This document shows, piece after piece, positions 9,955-16,030 of a stretch of DNA of 37,824 nt; position 1 is the first letter of the stretch; every line of letters starts with the position of its first letter. The DNA is from Minisyncoccota bacterium. Lineage in GTDB: Bacteria; Patescibacteriota; Minisyncoccia; Phycocordibacterales; Phycocordibacteraceae. The stretch lies in NCBI GenBank assembly GCA_041666065.1, contig JBAYHQ010000002.1:1-37824 (forward strand), read 5' to 3'. Position numbers and translations under genes: made by a program. The notes under the pieces are model-generated. The model searched no databases. It was not told the DNA's origin and saw only the letters and a program-made list of their open reading frames with translations.

Positions 9955-10671
9955 TCAAGCTGCGACGAGGTACGAGACGATGTCGGCATGGAGCTTTTCG
10001 CTCATCTTGCCGCACGCGACGTAGAAGTCCAGCAGTTCGGTGATGGCGAATACCGCGTGCAAGGTGCAGCGCCATTCGTCAAGCTCCTTCGCGCCGCCTT
10101 GCTCGCGGTCCACGAGCACGACGACGTCGCTCACCTCCATCCCCGCCTCGCGTAGGACCTCAATGGCTTCAATCTTGGAGTCAGCCTTGGTGACGAGGTC
10201 GTCCACAAGTAAGACGTTGCCGATTTCCATCGGCACGTACCCCTTGATGCCTGCAATGAAGCGTTTGCCGTCCACTTCTCCCTTCTCCATATGGATCAGG
10301 GGCTTACCGGAGAGCTTGGCGAGCGCTTCGGCGAACGGGTCGCCGGCATTTGGAACGCCGGCGACCGCGTCGTACTCAACCTTCTTTTCCAGCAGGGCTT
10401 GGTGCATGCAGGCCGCCGCAAGGATGATGATGTTGCCCTTGAGCGGTCCCGGCTTCGGGTTGTCCGGCGTGCGGAGGTTGAGAAAGAAGGGCGAGAGCGG
10501 CGCGTCGGGCTGCTTGTCGTGCAGCTTGAGACGGAAGCCGCGTTCAACCCCGTGCGGACCTTGGCGTTCCACGACGAGCGGATGGTTGGATGCGGCAGTA
10601 AGCACTGCGCCGACACCTTCCAGTCCAAGCGCGAGCGCGCGTTTCCGGAGATAGGTAGGGGAAGTGTTCAT
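9955..10671 (-). CDS. pyrE: Orotate phosphoribosyltransferase
   Basis: PRPP-binding motif VLLVDDLVTKADS followed by VVVLVDREQGG. The start overlaps the pyrF stop (ATGA) and is preceded by an SD GAGGAGG (10676-10682, minus) 4 nt upstream. Confidence 0.8.
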   Translation of the reverse strand: MNTSPTYLRKRALALGLEGVGAVLTAASNHPLVVERQGPHGVERGFRLKLHDKQPDAPLSPFFLNLRTPDNPKPGPLKGNIIILAAACMHQALLEKKVEYDAVAGVPNAGDPFAEALAKLSGKPLIHMEKGEVDGKRFIAGIKGYVPMEIGNVLLVDDLVTKADSKIEAIEVLREAGMEVSDVVVLVDREQGGAKELDEWRCTLHAVFAITELLDFYVACGKMSEKLHADIVSYLVAA

Positions 10672-11615
10672 GCTGCCTCCTCGGCTTCAATGTCGGCAAT
10701 TATCGCCGCATTAATTTGGCACTGCTTCTCGGCTGCGGCCGCCGCGGCTTCGCGGTAGTCCGCTCTCATGCTCGCCCCCGTTATCGCTGACGATGAGCTG
10801 AGAAGTACCGTCCCAGGACCATAGTATGCAGCGCGGAGCGTTGCTTCCGTGTGTCCCTTCTGCGCGCCAATCCCCGGCACGAGGAACATTGCATCGTCAC
10901 CGACGATCTCTCGCGCGCGGTACAGATGATGGTTAAAGACTTGAGCATCGCCGTATTCTGTCTCGGCGATTGTGCCGTTGTATTGGTCGAGTTGCGAAGT
11001 GTCGTGTGCAGCACCCATGACGACACCGAACCTGTCGACCACGCCGGCATTCTTTGCCCAGTCAAACGCGCAGGTAAGGAAGTACTCCCACACCCGCAAT
11101 CCGTTGGCGAGGCGAGCATCCTGCGTTTGCCACGCCGGAGGATTGCTGGTCCTGCCGAGCGTAATGAAGCTGGAGGTAGTGCCTTTCACTGCACTGGCCT
11201 CGACGAGTGACGTCAGGCAGTCGCTCCCCATGTAGGGGTTGAAGTTTACGGCGTCGGCGTCGTCCAACATGAAGTGGGTGTGGCCATACATCGTTTGCGT
11301 GCGGCCGATGTCTCCGCGCTTACAATCCAGAATCACGGGGATTCCCGGATAGCGCGTATGTATGTACGCTATCAGGATACGCAGGGCGACCTCGCCATCG
11401 GGAAGTCTCTCCCAGTGGGCGCGCTGCGGCTTGAAGGCCGCGGCGGAGTCATGAGTTGCGTCGACGATTGCCATCATATGCACGGCGGATCGGATGCCCG
11501 CACTCGCACCATGGATGCAGACCGGTATCTTCTGCTTGTCGGGGTCAAGCCCGATGCAGAAGCGTCCCGGTTTCTCGCTTTGACGCGTCGCTACAAGTTC
11601 CTTGAGTGTCGGCAT
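10668..11615 (-). CDS. pyrF: Orotidine-5'-phosphate decarboxylase, long (type 2) form
   Basis: GLDPD and DCKRGDIG motifs. The second ATG (11615) is chosen because the SD AGGAG (11622-11626, minus) abuts the first ATG and lies 6 nt from the second. Confidence 0.85.
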   Translation of the reverse strand: MPTLKELVATRQSEKPGRFCIGLDPDKQKIPVCIHGASAGIRSAVHMMAIVDATHDSAAAFKPQRAHWERLPDGEVALRILIAYIHTRYPGIPVILDCKRGDIGRTQTMYGHTHFMLDDADAVNFNPYMGSDCLTSLVEASAVKGTTSSFITLGRTSNPPAWQTQDARLANGLRVWEYFLTCAFDWAKNAGVVDRFGVVMGAAHDTSQLDQYNGTIAETEYGDAQVFNHHLYRAREIVGDDAMFLVPGIGAQKGHTEATLRAAYYGPGTVLLSSSSAITGASMRADYREAAAAAAEKQCQINAAIIADIEAEEAA

Positions 11616-11688
11616 TGCCATCTCCTAAGTGGTTGAACATGCGAAAAATCATGCGATTACGCCCAGAAATCTGGCTAATCACGGGGTT

Positions 11689-11717
11689 ACCCTACGTAAA
11701 ATGGGGAGGGAAGTCAA
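11689..11717 (-). promoter_or_regulatory. Candidate sigma-70-type promoter of pyrF-pyrE (TTGACT, 17 nt, TAGGGT)
   Basis: The minus strand reads TTGACTtccctccccattttacgTAGGGT, directly after the upstream terminator. It would give an SD-containing leader of about 65 nt. Confidence 0.4.
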
Positions 11718-11721
11718 GGAT

Positions 11722-11749
11722 AAAAACGTAGCCCCGATTTGCGGGGCTA
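11722..11749 (-). terminator. Intrinsic terminator of the 165-aa orphan gene
   Basis: The minus strand reads TAGCCCCG caaat CGGGGCTA followed by CGTTTTTAT. The TAG stop is the first stem triplet. Confidence 0.7.
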
Positions 11750-12244
11750 GCGGCGATGGAACGCTCTGAGTTCTTCTTCGGAAGTGTCCGGCCATGGGCC
11801 TGATTCGTCCTTGGCAGATCTCTCCGGAACGAAGAAGACGTTGATGGGGCGTGGGATGGTGACAGTGCCAACGAGGTTCCCGTCCTCAATCCTGAGCGAG
11901 CGGTGCAGACGGGCGCGTCCGGCGATCGTCTCCAACACTTTGTTACGGATCGCGACGGTCGCCTCAAGATCGTCAAAGGCAAGTATGAAGTGCGCCTCAG
12001 TCCCTACGATCCGTGTTATGAAGGCAGTAATGAAGAGTGACTCTTTCTGTACTACACTTACGAATTTGATCGTTGCGTCCTCAAACACTTTGCCGGTTAC
12101 CCGAAGGAGTGAGTTCCCGACCTTGGCATCAATGCACCCGACGATCTCGTCATAATCTCCCCACGTGATACGAGGGAAGCTGACGTTCTGCGCCTCCTCG
12201 CCAAAGAGGTCGCGTATATGACTCATGCGCCTTATCCGTGCCAT
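11747..12244 (-). CDS. Hypothetical protein, 165 aa, no family recognised
   Basis: Coding-like composition. SD GAGGAG (12250-12255, minus) lies 5 nt upstream of the ATG. It has its own terminator hairpin containing the TAG stop. Confidence 0.6.
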   Translation of the reverse strand: MARIRRMSHIRDLFGEEAQNVSFPRITWGDYDEIVGCIDAKVGNSLLRVTGKVFEDATIKFVSVVQKESLFITAFITRIVGTEAHFILAFDDLEATVAIRNKVLETIAGRARLHRSLRIEDGNLVGTVTIPRPINVFFVPERSAKDESGPWPDTSEEELRAFHRR

Positions 12245-12360
12245 AGCGGCTCCTCTCTGGTTGTGTGCGGTTAGTGGATTTTACTGTGCGGTCTGCGCCG
12301 AGAGTATCCTGTCGGGGATTGCCAGTCAAGCAAAAAGCTGTCCGAGTGAAGATGGGCTAA

Positions 12361-12373
12361 GGTGCGGTATACT
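12361..12373 (+). promoter_or_regulatory. Promoter block GGTGCGGTATACT; its -10 box lies 6 nt upstream of the smpB ATG (12380)
   Basis: An identical 13-mer recurs at 37408-37420. The track's GTG start at 12362 lies inside this block. Confidence 0.55.
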
Positions 12374-12379
12374 CCGCCT

Positions 12380-12823
12380 ATGACACTTATTGAGTACAAG
12401 AAAGCGTTCCTCCGGTTCGCCCCTATTGAGACCTTCTCAGCCGGTCTGGAGCTTTTCGGCTACGAGGTGAAATCTCTGCGAGGCAAGCTCGGCTCGCTTG
12501 ATGGTGCGCGCGTGGTGGTGCGCGGCGGCGAGGCGTTCATAGTCGGCATGACTATCCCGCCGTACCAAGCGGCAAATACGCCGAAGACCTACGACCCTGA
12601 GCGCACCCGCCGCCTCCTGCTTACGAAGAAAGAATTAGCACTCCTCGCCTCGGAAGAAGCGAAGAAAGGGTTGACAATCATACCTCTTGAGGTGTATTCT
12701 GTAGGCAGACTCGTGAAAGCGCGCATCGCTATAGTCCGCGGCAAGGGTAAGGCCGATCGCCGTGAAGATTTGAAGAAGCGCGACGCTTCGCGCGAGACCG
12801 CGCGAGTTCTAAAAAATCGGTAG
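12380..12823 (+). CDS. smpB: SsrA-binding protein SmpB
   Basis: SmpB-like sequence (GYEVKSLR, KGLTIIPLEVY, basic C-terminal tail) with the tmRNA gene directly downstream. The ATG at 12380 lies 6 nt after TATACT (12368-12373). Confidence 0.9.
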   Translation: MTLIEYKKAFLRFAPIETFSAGLELFGYEVKSLRGKLGSLDGARVVVRGGEAFIVGMTIPPYQAANTPKTYDPERTRRLLLTKKELALLASEEAKKGLTIIPLEVYSVGRLVKARIAIVRGKGKADRREDLKKRDASRETARVLKNR

Positions 12824-12863
12824 TCCCGAAAAGTTCAGAAGGATTCTTGATTCTGAGTTGTTC

Positions 12864-13270
12864 GGGGGTGACCGGCTTTGACGGTCTGTACTTTGAAAGA
12901 CGTGCGACGCAGTGCACTCTCGCCTACCACTTAAATCTAGCGAGAAAACATACTTGCAAAGAACACTCTAGCAAGCGTGAAGTCCCCGTACTTCGGTATG
13001 CAGGACTTCGCGTTCGCGTACGCGACAGCCTAACGGCTCTCTCGCCTACGCGACGTCTCTACCTTTGGGTTTCTTCAGTTGAAGATAGAGGCGGAATAAA
13101 CTGAAGAATCGCTACCCGATCTCCCGCTCGGACTAGCTAAATAAGGGATCGGGCAGGAATGGTTTCGCGGGCGTTCCTCGCATCCTGCCGTAGACTCTAA
13201 CGCCTGCTATGCGTCGTAGACTCGCTTTCATCGCCAGATTCGGACCGGAGTTCAACTCTCCGCACCTCCA
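12864..13270 (+). ncRNA. ssrA: tmRNA (ssrA), one-piece
   Basis: The 5' end GGGGGUGACCGGCUUUGACGG resembles the canonical tmRNA 5' end. The 3' end has a T-arm CGGAG-UUCAACU-CUCCG and an acceptor strand CACCUCC pairing with GGGGGUG, including a G3:U70 wobble (the AlaRS identity pair), followed by discriminator A. CCA is not encoded (next bases cta). A candidate tag frame is GCA at 12956 to TAA at 13031-13033. Confidence 0.85.
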
Positions 13271-13320
13271 CTACTTCGCTCGTCCATTATGCCGAGCTAC
13301 GCAGTGCAAGGCACACATAC

Positions 13321-13353
13321 GCAAAAAGCTCCCGAAGGGAGCTTTTTGCTTTG
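13321..13353 (+). terminator. Intrinsic terminator after the tmRNA
   Basis: GCAAAAAGCTCCC gaa GGGAGCTTTTTGC followed by TTTG. Confidence 0.85.
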
Positions 13354-13361
13354 TACTGCGT

Positions 13362-13367
13362 TATAGT
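13362..13367 (+). promoter_or_regulatory. -10 box TATAGT, 6 nt upstream of the ftsH ATG (13374)
   Basis: The sequence is gcgtTATAGTatttccATG, located after the tmRNA terminator. Confidence 0.55.
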
Positions 13368-13373
13368 ATTTCC

Positions 13374-15293
13374 ATGGCTGTCGCATCTCCGAAGAAACCA
13401 AAAGGGAAGAAGCCGTCTGTGCCGAAGGGTAAGCGCGGATGGCGCGGGCTCTTGCGCGGTCCGTCCTTCCTCAGTAATCTCCTCAGCACTATTCTTATAT
13501 TCCTGTTCCTCATGAGCGCATACTCGCTCGTGGAAGGGTTGGTACAGCCGAGCACTGCTATCCCGCTCTCTGCAGTCGCGCAGGACGTGGTCGCAGGGAA
13601 GATAAGCGACATCACGGTAAACGGTGACTCTCTCAGTCTTACGTACGCCGATGGTTCCAAGAAGACTTCGCGGAAAGACCCTTCCGCAGGGCTGCCAGAG
13701 ACCTTTGCGACCTATGGCGTCACGCCCGAAGAGCTCTCCAAAGTCTCTATCACGATACAGGGTCAGTCGGGATTCGCGTTCTGGTTCTTGAATCTTGCGC
13801 CGATCCTCATCCCCATACTGTTCATCGCCTTCCTTTTCTGGTTTCTCTCACGACAGGTGCGCGGTGCGGGCATGCAGGCTTTCAGCTTCGGACAATCCAA
13901 GGCACGCATCACTGACCCTGCAGACCTGTCACAGCGCGTCACCTTCGCCGATGTCGCCGGCGCACGCGAAGCAAAGGAAGAGTTGCTTGAGATAGTGGAT
14001 TTCCTCAAGAGCCCGAAGAAGTTCTTGGACATCGGCGCGCGGATACCGAAGGGCATCATACTTATGGGCGCCCCAGGGACGGGCAAGACACTGCTTGCTC
14101 GCGCAGTGGCAGGCGAGGCGGGAGTGCCGTTCTTCTCTATATCCGGTTCGGAGTTCGTGGAGATGTTCGTGGGCGTTGGAGCATCAAGGGTGCGCGACCT
14201 CTTCCAGCTCGCGAAGAAGGCCGCACCTGCCATCATATTTGTAGACGAGATAGACGCTGTGGGGCGCGTGCGCGGGGCCGGCATGGGCGGTGGTAACGAC
14301 GAGCGCGAGCAGACCTTGAACCAGATACTCGTAGAAATGGACGGCTTTGAGCCGACCGAGAAAGTGGTGGTCATGGCAGCGACGAACCGCCCCGACGTGC
14401 TTGACCCCGCCTTACTGCGCCCCGGACGTTTTGATAGGCGTGTGACTATAGACTTGCCAGACCGCCGCGATCGCGAAGAGATACTCAAGGTGCATGCGAA
14501 GACGAAGCCGCTCGGTCCAGATGTCGCGCTCTCGGTTATCGCCGAGCGCACCCCTGGTTTCTCCGGCGCAGAGCTCTACAGCCTCATGAACGAGGGTGCG
14601 ATACTCGCCGCGCGTGAGAACCGTAAGGAGGTCACGCAGTACGACCTTATCCGCTCCATAGAGAAGGTGATGCTCGGTCCTGAGCGCAAGTCGCACTTGC
14701 TTGGGAAGCGCGAGAAGGAGCTCACGGCGTACCACGAGGCAGGTCACGCGCTGGTCTCTTCGGTGCTGGAACACGCTGACCCCGTGCACAAGATCTCCAT
14801 CATCAGCCGCGGCCGTGCGGCAGGCTACACGCTCAAACTCCCCTTTGACGACCGCAAGATGCAGTCAAAGAAACAATTCCTTGACGATATCGCAGCGACA
14901 CTCGGCGGGTATGTGGCAGAAGAGATGCTTTTTGACGACGTGACGACCGGCCCTTCAAACGATCTCATGGTTATCACCGCAATCGCGCGCGATATGGTGG
15001 TGCGCTACGGCATGAGCGACAAGCTGGGACCCATCGCTTTTGGCGATCGCCAGCTGGGCAACGAGCCGTACTCAGAGCAGGTCGCAGCGCAGATAGACGC
15101 CGAGGTGTCGCGCATCATAGAGGAAGGGAAGAAGCGTGCCGAGAAAGTCATACGGGAGCACCGTGGTGCGCTTGACGCTATCGCGAAGGAGCTTATAGAA
15201 AAGGAGACGGTGGAGCGCGAAGACTTTGAAAAGACGCTTGTCGCACACGGCATCACGCCGAAGAAGAAAGAAGAGGAGGTAGCGACAGTATAA
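13374..15293 (+). CDS. ftsH: ATP-dependent zinc metalloprotease FtsH
   Basis: Two N-terminal TM segments, AAA Walker A GAPGTGKT, Walker [10 protein letters not shown], and Zn site HEAGHA. The ATG at 13374 lies 6 nt after TATAGT. The track extension from 13209 overlaps the tmRNA and its terminator. Confidence 0.95.
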   Translation: MAVASPKKPKGKKPSVPKGKRGWRGLLRGPSFLSNLLSTILIFLFLMSAYSLVEGLVQPSTAIPLSAVAQDVVAGKISDITVNGDSLSLTYADGSKKTSRKDPSAGLPETFATYGVTPEELSKVSITIQGQSGFAFWFLNLAPILIPILFIAFLFWFLSRQVRGAGMQAFSFGQSKARITDPADLSQRVTFADVAGAREAKEELLEIVDFLKSPKKFLDIGARIPKGIILMGAPGTGKTLLARAVAGEAGVPFFSISGSEFVEMFVGVGASRVRDLFQLAKKAAPAIIFVDEIDAVGRVRGAGMGGGNDEREQTLNQILVEMDGFEPTEKVVVMAATNRPDVLDPALLRPGRFDRRVTIDLPDRRDREEILKVHAKTKPLGPDVALSVIAERTPGFSGAELYSLMNEGAILAARENRKEVTQYDLIRSIEKVMLGPERKSHLLGKREKELTAYHEAGHALVSSVLEHADPVHKISIISRGRAAGYTLKLPFDDRKMQSKKQFLDDIAATLGGYVAEEMLFDDVTTGPSNDLMVITAIARDMVVRYGMSDKLGPIAFGDRQLGNEPYSEQVAAQIDAEVSRIIEEGKKRAEKVIREHRGALDAIAKELIEKETVEREDFEKTLVAHGITPKKKEEEVATV

Positions 15294-15298
15294 AAGCT

Positions 15299-15343
15299 AA
15301 CAGTTCCGCAGGCGGAACTGTTGAGGTGGGGGCGCTTGCCCCC
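15299..15343. terminator. Two tandem hairpins between convergent ftsH and the Cys-rich gene
   Basis: AACAGTTCCGC ag GCGGAACTGTT (15299-15322) and GGGGGC gctt GCCCCC (15328-15343). Confidence 0.6.
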
Positions 15344-15838
15344 TTATGTGTTGACAGGAATGACGTGCCTGCCGTTATGGTTGTTGCAGCATGAGCCGCA
15401 ACTCGCGTCGGCATCACTACACGCCCCGACGCCGCGACAGCATTCCGTGAAGACGGTTGGCGCGTGTTCGGTTGACCACTTGAGGATGGCGGAGTTGTGT
15501 CCTTCGCCTGCCTGTATGGCTTCAACCGGCGCGCCCATCCGCAGTTTGCTCACGGCGAAACGGTTGGGGCCCTTGAACCCCAGAGCCGGCAGCATGAGGC
15601 GCTTGCAGATCACGACGACCGTCGGCGGGATAAGATTGCCCTGCTTGTCTACGACGTCCGCTCTGTCGCGTATCACAGCAATCGCCGCTGGGAAGAGTGG
15701 CGCGTCGGCTCGTGCACCCGACCGGTACAGCAGGTGGACAGGTGGTGTAGAGCTCAGGAGCCCCGATGCGGTAATCTGCCCAGCAGGCTGCCTCATGCGC
15801 CGTGCATGGAGCTCGTGGGGTACATATCTTTGCAGCAT
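15344..15838 (-). CDS. Hypothetical protein, 164 aa, with C-terminal cysteine cluster (CC-x5-C-x6-C-x2-CC)
   Basis: GC3-rich, coding-like frame. SD GAGGAG (15846-15851, minus) lies 7 nt upstream of the ATG. No family recognised. The plus-strand ORFs opposite it are Arg/Ser-rich shadows. Confidence 0.6.
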   Translation of the reverse strand: MLQRYVPHELHARRMRQPAGQITASGLLSSTPPVHLLYRSGARADAPLFPAAIAVIRDRADVVDKQGNLIPPTVVVICKRLMLPALGFKGPNRFAVSKLRMGAPVEAIQAGEGHNSAILKWSTEHAPTVFTECCRGVGACSDADASCGSCCNNHNGRHVIPVNT

Positions 15839-15921
15839 GATTATTCTCCTCGGAAGGTTGGTGTTGCGGTTGGGTGGAACAAATCAGACTGCATCCTAGC
15901 ATTATGCGTCTATGGATTCAA

Positions 15922-15930
15922 TGGTGTAAT
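15922..15930 (+). promoter_or_regulatory. Extended -10 TGGTGTAAT upstream of tRNA-Ile(UAU)
   Basis: There are 11 nt between the box and the mature tRNA 5' end (15942), implying a very short 5' leader. Confidence 0.45.
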
Positions 15931-15941
15931 ATGACCAGTAT

Positions 15942-16015
15942 CCGCCCTTAGCTCAGTTGGTTAGAGCATCGAGCTTATACCTCGAGGGTCCTTGGTTCGA
16001 GTCCAAGAGGGCGGA
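15942..16015 (+). tRNA. tRNA-Ile, anticodon UAU
   Basis: Manual cloverleaf: acceptor CCGCCCU/AGGGCGG (C1:G72), U8 A9, D-arm GCUC-AGUUGGUUA-GAGC, anticodon stem UCGAG/CUCGA with loop C-U-UAU-A-C, variable GGGUC, T-arm CUUGG-UUCGAGU-CCAAG, discriminator A. CCA is not encoded. Confidence 0.9.
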
Positions 16016-16030
16016 CAAGCGAGTGATAAA

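Noticed and set aside
11655-11680. pyrF leader hairpin as a PyrR-binding attenuator
   Set aside because: The stem is imperfect. I see no match to the PyrR binding-loop consensus as I recall it, and no terminator/antiterminator alternative.
11747-12244. PilZ (c-di-GMP receptor) assignment for the 165-aa orphan, given the GGDEF gene in the window
   Set aside because: The N-terminal RRMSHIR does not fit the RxxxR spacing. No (D/N)xSxxG motif follows at the expected distance, so the resemblance is superficial.
12847-13373. 85-aa ORF (12847-13104) and the N-terminal 55 codons of the track's ftsH ORF (from 13209)
   Set aside because: Both lie within the tmRNA gene and its terminator. The ftsH start at 13374 has a properly spaced -10 box.
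13763-14551. 262-aa minus-strand ORF inside ftsH
   Set aside because: It is antisense to the AAA domain of FtsH, and its Ser/Arg/Thr-rich composition marks it as a shadow ORF.
15347-15400. HNH-nuclease-like pattern (CxxC-x7-HVIP) at the C-terminus of the Cys-rich orphan, and HELH near its N-terminus as a metalloprotease motif
   Set aside because: The protein ends 3 residues after HVIP, so the second half of an HNH motif is absent. HELH is HExH, not HExxH. Neither is sufficient for a call.
15321-15934. 192-aa and 145-aa plus-strand ORFs between ftsH and tRNA-Ile
   Set aside because: They are Arg/Ser/Cys-rich translations lacking start signals. The minus-strand frame has the coding-like codon pattern and an SD, and the second ORF ends only 8 nt upstream of the tRNA-Ile gene, overlapping its promoter.
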